Virus record (IMG/VR): IMGVR_UViG_3300049060_000012
Location: 1-40,618 of that record
DNA length: 40,618 nucleotides
Source of the DNA: a virus
Lineage: Duplodnaviria > Caudoviricetes
Reading direction: 5' to 3' (one strand)
This document shows positions 23,676 through 33,432 of this stretch, one piece after another (the first letter of the stretch is position 1; each line of letters opens with the position of its first letter). The position numbers and the translations under genes were made by a program. The notes under the pieces are model-generated. The model was not told where the DNA came from. It saw only the letters and a program-made list of their open reading frames with translations, and made no database searches.

Positions 23676-23748
23676 TGCAAAGTTTTGCCGATTGTGCAAG
23701 CCTAAAACAGGCAAGAGATTGCCGCTCCTGTTCAGGCAAGATTCTGCC
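23676..23748. promoter_or_regulatory. OR: three operators plus the cro promoter
   Basis: TGCAAAGTTTTGCC (23676), GGCAAGAGATTGCC (23710), GGCAAGATTCTGCC (23735); on the minus strand TTGCAC-16nt-CATAAT brackets the first operator. Confidence 0.8.
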
Positions 23749-23776
23749 TATCAAATTGGCGCAAGGCAGCAACTGT

Positions 23777-24109
23777 GTGCCGCGGTCAGCGATCCAACTG
23801 TTTAGCCAGAACGTCAGCGCGCTAGTGCGTAGCTACCAGGATGCTCATCCTGATCTGACCCTTGCCCAGATAGCCCAGCGAATCGGCGTGAGCCTGCGCA
23901 CGTTGCGCAATGCGCGTGTCGGTGAGCACGCAGCTACGTTGGATACAGCCGAGTCGGTTGCCAAGTTCTTCGAGCTCGAAATGTGGCAGCTGTTCATGGA
24001 AGACCTACCAGCGGAGATTTTATTAAATCCGCGGCTCGCGCGAATCGTTCGCAACGTTGTCCGTGCCGCGGTCCAGGAACGCGTCGAAGAGCGTACCGGC
24101 ACCCGGTAG
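23777..24109 (+). CDS. cI: CI-like XRE repressor, short form without a peptidase domain
   Basis: LTLAQIAQRIGVSLRTLRN...ATLDTAESVAKFF; flanked by operators; GTG start is inferred. Confidence 0.7.
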   Translation: MPRSAIQLFSQNVSALVRSYQDAHPDLTLAQIAQRIGVSLRTLRNARVGEHAATLDTAESVAKFFELEMWQLFMEDLPAEILLNPRLARIVRNVVRAAVQERVEERTGTR

Positions 24110-24260
24110 TCGGCTCACTCTGCATTACATATAGCGACGCCGGCCGTGGTTTCCCATCACGGCAATTACACATGAGTTAGTGTTTCGTGACGTAGGTCAC
24201 GTTTTACACGTATCACACCTAGTTTTTGCCGACAGTTCTCAGGCTGCTCCCTCATCAGTC

Positions 24261-24307
24261 GGCAAAATTTTGCTTGCATTCTGCGTGCAGATAGGCAAAC
24301 TATTGCC
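24261..24307. promoter_or_regulatory. OL: two operators upstream of the early accessory operon
   Basis: GGCAAAATTTTGCT (24261) and GGCAAACTATTGCC (24294). Confidence 0.8.
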
Positions 24308-24330
24308 TAACAGAACAGCGGGAGCCATCG

Positions 24331-24567
24331 ATGACCACGCAGCTCGACCCGACCCTCCTTCCGGCTTTGGACGCCATCCAGGGCGCGCTCGAGCAGCCGG
24401 CGAAGCGTCCGGGTCTGGACCGTCGCCAGCTCCTGAACAGCATGCAGCGCATGGACTGGGAGATGCGGCTGCGGCACTACCCGGCGGTGATGGAGGCGGA
24501 GTTCGAGCGCGACGCGGCTGAGTTCTTCGCCGCCGCGCAGTGCCCGGCCGACAGCAACTTCCGCTAA
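24331..24567 (+). CDS. First gene of the pL-like operon, hypothetical
   Basis: GGGAG RBS directly after OL. Confidence 0.65.
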   Translation: MTTQLDPTLLPALDAIQGALEQPAKRPGLDRRQLLNSMQRMDWEMRLRHYPAVMEAEFERDAAEFFAAAQCPADSNFR

Positions 24568-24588
24568 CTCCTAGATCGGGAGAAGAGC

Positions 24589-24765
24589 ATGTATCGAGTC
24601 AACTACGGCAACGGGCAAGTGAACAACCAGAAGACTCTGGCCGCTTGCCGCCGCGAGATTTCCGACATGGATCTCTACAAAGAGTTCGCCTACGTGCAGC
24701 GCTACGCCGCTGGCTCGGCCGACTCTCCCGGCGAATGGGTCCGCGTGAAGGAGCTGCAGTCATGA
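24589..24765 (+). CDS. 58-aa hypothetical protein (MYRVNYGNGQV...), not in the ORF track
   Basis: GGAGA RBS; ATGA overlap with the next gene. Confidence 0.6.
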   Translation: MYRVNYGNGQVNNQKTLAACRREISDMDLYKEFAYVQRYAAGSADSPGEWVRVKELQS

Positions 24766-25046
24766 GCGCTGCGAACCTCGAACGCGTATTGCGCGCGCTG
24801 GCGGACACGCCGCGCATGGTGGCCATGACCACCGATGATCTCGACAGCAAAAGCAACGGCGAATTGCGCGAGGCGTCCGAACTCGTGCTGGTTCTCGCGC
24901 GATTGCTCTCCGGCAAAACCGTGCATGACGCATTCGGTGCGCCCGGCGATTGGGGTTATCAGACGCCGATCGGACAGGCGCTCTATCAACTGTACTCGTC
25001 TAGCACCCTAGGCCGCGCGCGACTCGTTGAGCCCGCAACGGCGTGA
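24762..25046 (+). CDS. Hypothetical protein (AFGAPGDWGY motif)
   Basis: AAGGAG RBS; ATG at 24762. Confidence 0.6.
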   Translation: MSAANLERVLRALADTPRMVAMTTDDLDSKSNGELREASELVLVLARLLSGKTVHDAFGAPGDWGYQTPIGQALYQLYSSSTLGRARLVEPATA

Positions 25047-25277
25047 CAGCCCACAAATCATGAGTGAGCCGAATCGAAATGAATCTGTGCACGGTGGGCC
25101 GACCGGAACCTGTCCCGGAGAAACCACTGCATTGCTCGGCGAAGTCTCGCAGCGCCGTGCGCAGGTTCAGCATCGCATTCGGATCACAGACAAAGACGGT
25201 GCGCAGTTGTACGACGGCGCGCTGCTCGGCGTGAACGTCTACATCTACGAGAGCCGGTAACGGAGCGAGAACAGATC

Positions 25278-25478
25278 ATGCACACCGGACCAATACCCGA
25301 CTCCGACGGCGTGTTCAGTGCCTTGGCTGAAGCCTGCACGAGCCACTGTCGCAAGTGCGACAAGCGCACGCCTCACAAGGCCGAGTCTTGGGAATCGAGC
25401 TGCGGCGGATACGAGGACTATCGATACACGTGCATGGTCTGCAACACCGTGCAATGGGTCGATGGCCCCGACGCCTAG
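25278..25478 (+). CDS. Zn-ribbon microprotein
   Basis: CRKC...WESSCGGYEDYRYTCMVC. Confidence 0.6.
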   Translation: MHTGPIPDSDGVFSALAEACTSHCRKCDKRTPHKAESWESSCGGYEDYRYTCMVCNTVQWVDGPDA

Positions 25479-25642
25479 TCAACTGGCCCTCAGGAAGTGA
25501 ATACACATGACCAAGAAGAAATCAGCGGAGAGGATCATGGCTGCATTGGCGCAGACGGCCTTGAGCCTTACACCTACTACCGCGCGAAAGGCGGCAAGCT
25601 GGTCAAGGTATAGCGCTCACACGAACATCCTGGAGTAACAAC

Positions 25643-26234
25643 ATGCCGACTGGATACACAGCAGACATCGCCAAGGGGATCACGTTCGAGCAGTACGCGC
25701 TCAATTGTGCTCGCGCATTCGGCGCGCTGATCCTAATGCGGGATGAGCCGTCGAGCACACCGATCCCTGAGCGCTTCGAGTCGAGTGATTACCACGTCAA
25801 GGCACTCGCCAGCGCGAAGGACGATCTCGCACGCTACGACGCTATGAGCCGAGACGAAGCGAATGCAGCAGCAGTCGAGGACTACTTGGCCGAAGTCGAG
25901 CGGCACGAGAAGCGGATCGCCGACGCGACCGAGCTGAATAACAAGTACAACGCGATGCTCGCTCAGGTCGTGCAGTGGCAGCCGCCGACTGAAGAGCACA
26001 TTCAGTACAAGGAATTCATGATCGAGCAGATTCGCAGCAGCATCGATTTCGACTGCAACACCAGTTACTACGCCAAGCCGGAGCGTTTGACTGGCTCGGC
26101 ATGGTTGGCGCAACGAATCACGAAGGCGCGCGAAAGCGTCGCGTACCACGAGCGCGAGCATGCGCAGGAAGTAGAGGCGCACTGAGAACCGCAATGCGTG
26201 GATCAAAGCGCTGCGCGACAGCCTGCTCAGCTAA
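25643..26234 (+). CDS. Hypothetical phage protein (MPTGYTADI...) with an apparent +1 frameshift near 26177
   Basis: ORF stops at 26185, but the shifted frame continues RTENRNAWIKALRDSLLS to TAA at 26234, just before the next RBS. Confidence 0.6.
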
Positions 26235-26251
26235 GGAGAAAGGATCTAGCT

Positions 26252-26440
26252 ATGGGCGAAGTAGTTCAACTCCGAGAGCCGCCGACCTCAAGCGATGAGG
26301 CGCGACGGACCGTGAGAGAAACGATCCTGCAGCTGCGCCTGCTCGCGTTCTTCTCGACCAACGAGACGCAATCGAAGGTCGCGCTGCGGCTCGCCAAGCG
26401 GCTTTCCAAGGTGGTGCCACTGCTGAAGGATGAGACATGA
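26252..26440 (+). CDS. Hypothetical protein (MGEVVQL...)
   Basis: AAGGA RBS; ATGA coupling downstream. Confidence 0.55.
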   Translation: MGEVVQLREPPTSSDEARRTVRETILQLRLLAFFSTNETQSKVALRLAKRLSKVVPLLKDET

Positions 26441-26577
26441 ACGTCATGAAATTCCGCAGCACCGTCAACTTCGGCAAGCCGATGGCGAAGCGCGTCGGGT
26501 TCCTGCGCCGCCTGCTGTGGCGCGCGTTCGGCAGGAAGCGGGAGAGGTTTTGGTTTTGAAACTGAAAGGTGAACACG

Positions 26578-27315
26578 ATGAGTGCAGTAGTTGAATACCA
26601 GCCAGTACCGTATGCCGAAATGGAGAAGATGGCTGTCACGGTCGCGAAGTCGAAGCTGTTCGGCATCGAGACCCCGGAGCAGGCCCTCGCACTGATGGCG
26701 CTATGCCAGGCCGAAGGCATCCACCCGATGATCGCGGTACGCGACTACAACATCATCAAGGGCAGGCCGTCGCTCAAGGCCGAGACGATGCTCGCGCGCT
26801 TCCTGCAAGCTGGCGGGAAGGTCAAATGGCACGCGCTGACGAATGACAAGGCCGAGGCGACGTTCTCGCATCCTGATGGCGGCGAGATACGTCTGGACTG
26901 GGACATGGATCGCGCGAAGCAGGCGGGCCTCGCAGGCAAAGACAATTGGAAGTACTACCAGCGCCCGATGCTGCGCAGCCGACTCATTTCGGAAGGCGTG
27001 CGCACTGTCTGCCCTTCGATCGTCCAAGGCGTTTACACGCCGGAAGAGATCCATAACCTGACGCCGGAGATCGAGCCCGTCAGCGTCGAGCAGGCCGTGC
27101 AGTCCTTCGGGACGCCGACCATGCCAAGCGCCGAGGTCGAGTCGCACTTGGAAGCCATCAAGGCAGCGACTGCCATCGCCTCTCTCAAGGTTGCCTACCA
27201 GCTTGCGCACAAGGCCGCAGTGGCTGCGAAGGATGAACGCCGTATCGGCACGTTCTCGCTGGCCTATGAGGCCCGCAAGGGCGAGCTTGAGCAGCCCGTG
27301 GAGGCAACGTCGTGA
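26578..27315 (+). CDS. Single-strand annealing recombinase, RecT-like
   Basis: AKSKLFG...IIKGRPSL...AKQAGL...NWKYYQRPML...GVYTPEE. Confidence 0.75.
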   Translation: MSAVVEYQPVPYAEMEKMAVTVAKSKLFGIETPEQALALMALCQAEGIHPMIAVRDYNIIKGRPSLKAETMLARFLQAGGKVKWHALTNDKAEATFSHPDGGEIRLDWDMDRAKQAGLAGKDNWKYYQRPMLRSRLISEGVRTVCPSIVQGVYTPEEIHNLTPEIEPVSVEQAVQSFGTPTMPSAEVESHLEAIKAATAIASLKVAYQLAHKAAVAAKDERRIGTFSLAYEARKGELEQPVEATS

Positions 27316-27818
27316 AGCTCTACGAACTCGTTGGCCAGTATCGGCAGCTCGAGCAGCTGGAGTCGTCCGACGATCTGCCGGCCGAGGTCATCCGCGACAC
27401 ACTGGATGGCCTGGAAGGTCAGCTGCAGGAGAAAGCAACGAACGTCGCGCTGTTTTGCCGCAATCTCGAATCCGTCGCCGACGCGATCGATGAAGCCGCG
27501 GCAACCATGCAAGCGCGCGGCACGAGATTGCGCGCTCGCGCCCAGAGCCTTCAGCAGTACTTGCTGCTCAACCTTCAGGCCGCTGGCATCAGCAAGGTCG
27601 AGTCGCCGTTCTTCACGCTGACAGTCAAGAAGAACCCGCCGACCGTCGTGATCGACAGCGAGAACCTGATCCCGGCGAAGTTCATGCGCACGCCTGAGCC
27701 GCCGCCGCCGCCGAAGCCTGCACCCGACAAGAAGGCGATAGGCGATGCGATCAAGGCCGGCGAGGAAGTGCCCGGCGCGCACGCAGAGCAACGCGAGCGC
27801 CTGGAGATCAAGTTGTGA
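27312..27818 (+). CDS. Siphovirus Gp157-family protein
   Basis: MKLYEL...DTLD, coiled coil, KKNPPTV...IP, PDKKAI...GEEVPGA. Confidence 0.85.
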   Translation: MKLYELVGQYRQLEQLESSDDLPAEVIRDTLDGLEGQLQEKATNVALFCRNLESVADAIDEAAATMQARGTRLRARAQSLQQYLLLNLQAAGISKVESPFFTLTVKKNPPTVVIDSENLIPAKFMRTPEPPPPPKPAPDKKAIGDAIKAGEEVPGAHAEQRERLEIKL

Positions 27819-30800
27819 TGCTCACCCGGCCTCTGCACAGCCCCACCTCCCTCGACGGCGCGAACCCGCTGAACACGTCGTCAACTGTGCAGGGGCCGGC
27901 CTCCTATCACGACTGGCTGCGCAGCCTTCGCCGCCAGCACATGGTGCGCATCCGCACGCACGTCGGCACCACGATGCCGCCCGCGATGGTGACGGACGAT
28001 TCGCCTTGTTACGTGTTCGTGGGGAAGTTGAAGTTTCACCGCCGCAACGGCTGGCAGGTCGAGCGGCAGGGGAAGCAGGTTTACCGGATGAGGCTGCGGT
28101 TGGTGAGAGACGAAAAGGAGCTGCAGTGACGCAGACGGAGAACTTTATGAGCGAGATGGACTTTGCGAAAGAGATTCACAGGCGACTGTGCGCGATGGAT
28201 GAGAGCGAGGCCGTAAAGGATCCGGTCGGGACCGTGTTTCGGATCGCGCGCCAGGTGGCGCTGCGTCACCCGGTGAAGTGCGCGCAGTTTCTGTGGTGGA
28301 GATATCAACGCAATCGCGGGAGCACCGAATGACTAAGAAGAAGAGTACCCAGCCGCCGCCTGAAAAGGTTGCGATTGCTTGGGGCATTTACAACTGGGGG
28401 CGTCTCTACGACCTGCAGCACAGAAAGCGCGACGCCATCAATAGCGCAGAGTCCATCAGCGGTAAACCGTGGAAGGAATGCAAGGCGTACTTCTGCGTTG
28501 CCAAGGTCAAGGTGACGACGCTATGACTCAGCCGACATCGAAAGAGCTGGCCATCGACGAAACCGTCTGCGAGAAGTGCGGCCACAGCAAGTATTGGGTC
28601 GATTGCTGGAACGGCTGCGACGAAGGATGGCACACGGACCTGCATGAGGAAGATCCGCTCTGGTACGACGAGGACGCGATTGAGCGATGCGGCATCTGCC
28701 GCGGCAAAGCTGGCTGGTACGTATGCAGCACCTGTTACCCGGAGAGCTTCGATGACTGACGAAGAACAGACACTACTCCTGATTCGCGGGACCATCGCGG
28801 GCTTGCCCGAGGATGATCAGATTCAGGTGAAGGTTATCGCCATGACACTGCGTAACATCCTGAAACAGGATGCACGCGCGCCGATGGCATTTGCGCTAGT
28901 CGGAGCAGAGCTGGCGGCGCAGCCATGAACAGCCCCAAAGCAACCTACGACGACGTGCTGCGGTTCATCCGCGCCGTGTACCCGGATGCGCCCGAGTTGG
29001 CGCTTGCGAGCTTCAGCGAGAAGCAGGCCCTCATCGATGCGGCGGAGGTAATAGAGGACCTGCGAAATACGGTTCGTGCGGCGCAGGTCCATACCATAGA
29101 CCAATGTCACGCTCACGAACCGTCCGAGCAGCGATGCCCGCACTGCCGGCAGGTGCTGACGCTGCGCCAGGACGAGAAGGGACCGAACGCCGCCGACCTT
29201 GCCAACAATGGCGCACACGTCGAGCTGTGCTCAGGGCAACCGCCAGGACGTGACGAGGCACCGGCGAACAATCCGTTTCGTTGCACACGCTGCGACAAGA
29301 TCTGGTACTCGGCGCAGAAGTTCTGCTTCTGCATGCTCTGCGGCGGCATCTGCAATACGGCACCAGACTTAGCTCTAACGAAGGAACCTGCTCCCTATCG
29401 CAAGCCGACGAATGACGACCCGGGTGGACCGTACGACCTATGAGCACACTAACGCAGTGGATCAACAAGTCACAGGAGCGCAAGCGTGCGTATGCGCAGG
29501 AGCGACTGATTGTCGACGTGACCGAAGCCATATATGAAAGGCTGGCGGCGGCGGGGTTGACGAAAGCGGATCTGGCGAGGGAGCTGCCGTCCAGCAGGTC
29601 GCACATCTCGCAGTTGTTGAGCGGCGGTCGCAATATGACGCTACGAACACTTGCAGACATGGGGCACATTCTCGGCTGCAAAGTCACGGTGACGCTTGAG
29701 GTTCCCACCAGAGCCTGCACGTGCCATCCCGACGACAACCCGCCGCGGTCGTGCCCGCAGAAATTCGCACTGACCGAATGTCGGGCTGCGTCATCTCAGG
29801 GAGAGATCGATGGCCGTTGATGATCCGTTTGACACGTCGGACATGCCGACGGCCAGGGCACACATGAAGCGGTTGCTGGTTGAGTGGCGCGATGCGGGCG
29901 CACCGGTGGATTGCCTCGTGTCCTTTCTTGAGGGATTCGTGGCGTGCAAGGTCTCAGAGATGATGAAGCAGCGCGAAGCCTACTCATCCGTGGAAACGGT
30001 AGCGCTACCCGTCCGCACCTTCGAGCGTGTCGGCGAGGAGAAGGGAATGCAGTCCATGTGCGAGTGTGGCGCGAAGTTCATCGACCATATTTGCCAGGAC
30101 ACCGCCGGCAACGTGTGCGTATGTCCAACAGCGAACCGGAGGGTTAAGCAGTGAAGTGGTGGACGATCAGCGTGACGAGCTACGGAGCCTTTGAGTACTT
30201 CGGTACGCGCGAGCAGGCAGACGAACGCGCCAAGCAGAAAGCTAAGTGGGAAGGCGGACGCGCGACCGTGCGCGAAGCCACCACCGAGGCTGCCGCCGCT
30301 GCCGCGGGACACATCCGTTGGCGCAAGGAAAACGCGTATCCACTTGAACGGTGGGAACGTGAAGCGCTGAGCCTCAACTGAGAGAACCTGAGCGAATACA
30401 CATGATCGACCTAAAGCCGATGCTGAACGGGCACCACGAAGTACGCGCAAGAGTGGCCGTATGCTGCATCTGTCATCAGCAGCACGACTTGCGCTACGGC
30501 GTTTGCTTCCACTGCGCCGATCAAGTTGACGGCGAGATCGTCGGCGAGGGCGCGTCACGTACGCATCGGCTGTGGGATACGAAAAATCCCAGTAACTCAT
30601 GGTTCGTCAAAGAGTGACAGCGCAGCGTCGATGAGTTCGACATGGGCCGGAGCATGAATGTCCTCGATCTCTTAAGGCGCGGCCTGATGGCTTCAACGTA
30701 TGCCTGGTCTCTGACGTTGAAGACCTGCTGTGGAAGATCGAGTCATCCGATAATCCCAAGCTCGTTGCTGGGACGGCACTCAAAGCACTAATGGAGATCG

Positions 30801-32067
30801 GCTCTCATGGCTAAACCATACATTCCGACGCTTGAGATCGTCATCCGTCGCAAGTTCGACGGGCAGATCGAAGGGGCGCGCTCTTGGGTCATCACCGGCG
30901 CGTGGCATCAGATCGACAAACTGGAGGACTGCATCTCCTTCGTTGCCAGCGCTGCGATGGACAGCATTCCCACTCTGGGCAAGGGAACGGAGCAGCCATG
31001 AACGGCCTAGATGTCTTCCTGATCCTGGTTGGACTCGGCGCTGGCCTAACAGCGTGCGCCGTCATGGGCTACATCTGGGACGACCTCGCGCAAGCAGCAT
31101 CGCGCTACCTGCAGAGCTTCTGGGAGTGACGGAGAAGGTCTATGAGTAATACAGATTTGAGTATCCACCCGCACGCCATCGACGAGCACTCGTGGTGGTA
31201 CGAGGAAGAGAAAGGCATTCGCGTTGTCATCGAGGCTCGCGATAGTGCCGGGCGCTTCTACATGACGGTGCAGCGCTTGATTCCGTGGAAAGAGATCAAG
31301 GCCGCAGCGGCTCGCCTTGATCGTGCACCGAAGCGCAAGCGAGCGGCATGAGCCATGGCTTACGGAATCTCAGGTCCACCAATCGAAGGCTTTCGCGAAG
31401 GATGGGCGATCCTGCCGTTCATGAGTTCGCATTGCAAGCCGCACTACTGGAAGCGCAAAGACCTGACGCACCAGTTCCGGAGCCTGTGCGGCGTAGAGCT
31501 TGACCAGACGAATTATCACCCAGGCGCGCAAGTACAGCTCGCACCCGGCGTGTTCATGGTCGACCGGTGCAAGCACTGCAGCCGCTTCCATAAGCGACAA
31601 CTCTGAATTGCTGCGAGAGACATTTATGACCGAACCATCGAAGGAAGTCGTCGCGCAGTGGATCACCGAGGAGCTCGGTGAGCGCTGCGACGAATACAGC
31701 CCGCACTGCCTTACATGCCTCACATGGAAGGTATTCGATCAGACTGAGTGGAAGCAGTCAGCTGCGGATGAGCCTGGTTGACCTAGTGCGATGCACCTTC
31801 ACCTAAAGATCATCGTCGGCCGCTGGAAGCTGGAGGACTGGCACGTGTACCGCTACACCGAACACCGCGACGCCAAGACCGGCGGCAAGAAAGCGCGCTG
31901 GATGATGTGGGACAGGATCTTGTGATGCCCGACCTCATCGACTTCCGCCCCTACCGCCCGCGCGGCATCGTCGCGGACTTCCTACGCGGCCTGTCAGTCG
32001 TCGGGCTCGCGCGCAAGTACGGCAGGACGCGGGCGCAGATCGAGAAGACACTGAGGCGGGCGATGTG
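27815..32067 (+). other. Array of about 15-18 short, often translationally coupled accessory ORFs, many with CxxC motifs
   Basis: e.g. 27815-28129, 28329-28526, 28523-28759, 28752-28928, 28925-29443, 29810-30154, 30151-30381, 30402-30617, 30807-31001, 31142-31351, 31355-31606, 31627-31781; frequent ATGA/GTGA overlaps. Confidence 0.6.
29440..29820 (+). CDS. XRE-family HTH regulator with a Cys-rich tail
   Basis: GLTKADLARELPSSRSHISQLLSGGRNMTLRTLADM. Confidence 0.75.
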   Translation: MSTLTQWINKSQERKRAYAQERLIVDVTEAIYERLAAAGLTKADLARELPSSRSHISQLLSGGRNMTLRTLADMGHILGCKVTVTLEVPTRACTCHPDDNPPRSCPQKFALTECRAASSQGEIDGR

Positions 32068-32442
32068 ATGCACGCGATCGACGAAAAGGAGTACCTGACC
32101 GTGAAGGAGGCCGCGAGCTTTTGCGGCATCTCCTATAGCCATTGGCGGGCGTTCGTGCAGAAGGAGTTCCCTCCGGGGCTGTTCAAGGGCAGACTCATCT
32201 ACCGCCGGGCCGACGTTCAACGCTACGTAGAGAAAAACACACGGTGGCCACAATCTACCCGCGCGGAGATTCCTGGTACCTCAACTGGTCGGAGAACGGC
32301 CAGCAGCAGCGCAAGTCACTTGGCGCGATCTCAGAGCATGACGCCGAGGTCGCGCGCAAGACCAAGGAATACGAGCTTGCGACTGGTCGACGGATCTTCA
32401 CCGCCTCCACCGGATTCGACGAACACCTCGAGCGGTACCTGA
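32068..32442 (+). CDS. xis: Excisionase-like HTH protein overlapping int
   Basis: YLTVKEAASFCGIS...GRLIYRRADV; directly upstream of int and overlaps it by about 200 nt. Confidence 0.7.
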   Translation: MHAIDEKEYLTVKEAASFCGISYSHWRAFVQKEFPPGLFKGRLIYRRADVQRYVEKNTRWPQSTRAEIPGTSTGRRTASSSASHLARSQSMTPRSRARPRNTSLRLVDGSSPPPPDSTNTSSGT

Positions 32443-33227
32443 CATGGCATCGCTCCGAATACCCGGACAGCCACTATCGCGTGCAGCAGATCGCCGAGCA
32501 GCACTTTGGAGACTTCCATGGCGTGGCGCTATCGCAGATCACGCCCGGGCAAATCGAGAAGTGGAAGACCGGCCGGCTATCGGTCGTGGCGCGCGGGACG
32601 GTGGCGAAGGAAGTTCGAACACTCAAGGCGGTGCTTTCGAAGGCGGTCGAGTGGGAAGAGATCGAGCGCAACCCGGGCGACAAGGTCGAGCAACCGCGGA
32701 ACCTCGACGACGAGCCGATCCACTGGTATTCGAAGGACGAGCTCGCTCTACTCTACAAGCGCCCGCACGGCCCTACTTGGCGGCTGATGGCCAACACCGG
32801 CATGCGGCGAAACGAGGCCCGGCAGCTGAGGGTGTCCCGGGTCGACCTGAGCGCCGGTCACGTCGACGTCGTGTCATCAACGGAGGCGCGAACGAAGTCC
32901 GGCCGCTGGCGCCGGATCCCGCTGTCACAGGCTGCGATCGAGGCCGCGGAGGTGCTGATATCGCTCTACGGCAGCACAGGCTACGTGCTGCCCCGTATCA
33001 CGGCGCCGAGCCTCTCCCGGGCGTTTGCGCACGACTGCGCGGCTCTGGGACTGTCAGGGAGCCTGCACAGTCTGCGACACTCCTACGGCGCCCATATGGT
33101 CATGGCGGGCGTGCCGCTGCGGTCACTCCAGGTGCTCATGGGCCACGCCAGCTTCAAGACTACCGAGCGGTACGCACACATCGGCGAGGATCATCTGAAA
33201 GCGCAGGCGCGGCTGGTCAATCTGTAG
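32244..33227 (+). CDS. int: Tyrosine integrase
   Basis: Catalytic R (TGMRRNE), K (TKSG), HSLRH, MGH and Y (TERYAH); GTG start at 32244 is inferred. Confidence 0.95.
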   Translation: MATIYPRGDSWYLNWSENGQQQRKSLGAISEHDAEVARKTKEYELATGRRIFTASTGFDEHLERYLTWHRSEYPDSHYRVQQIAEQHFGDFHGVALSQITPGQIEKWKTGRLSVVARGTVAKEVRTLKAVLSKAVEWEEIERNPGDKVEQPRNLDDEPIHWYSKDELALLYKRPHGPTWRLMANTGMRRNEARQLRVSRVDLSAGHVDVVSSTEARTKSGRWRRIPLSQAAIEAAEVLISLYGSTGYVLPRITAPSLSRAFAHDCAALGLSGSLHSLRHSYGAHMVMAGVPLRSLQVLMGHASFKTTERYAHIGEDHLKAQARLVNL

Positions 33228-33432
33228 CTGTGTTGCTGTGCTACGTAAGCAGCACAACTAGGCGCTTTAAAGCACAGGTGTGCTGCGAATCGACCAGCGC
33301 GGCCGCGCTTAAGTGCTTGAAAATATGGCGTCCCCATGGGGATTCGAACCCCAGTTACCGCCGTGAAAGGGCGCTTGTTTCACGATTATCCACAGGTACT
33401 TGCGAAGGTGCCTGTGCTGTTTCTGTGCTGCC
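33228..33432. promoter_or_regulatory. attP arms: repeated TGTGCT-type arm sites and an IHF-like site
   Basis: TGTG(C/T)T/AGCACA repeats at 33229-33295; tandem CTGTGCTG at 33412-33430; TTTCAAGCACTTA (minus strand, 33310-33322) is one mismatch from WATCAANNNNTTR. Confidence 0.6.
33326..33373 (-). other. attP core: 48-bp 3' half of tRNA-Glu(TTC), including CCA
   Basis: Minus strand reads CGCCCTTTCACGGCGGTAACTGGGGTTCGAATCCCCATGGGGACGCCA; 5' half absent; about 100 bp after int; phage genes on both sides. Confidence 0.92.

Noticed and set aside
33326-33373. Functional tRNA-Glu gene
   Set aside because: Only the anticodon arm to CCA is present; the D-arm and 5' acceptor strand are missing, so it is the attP core
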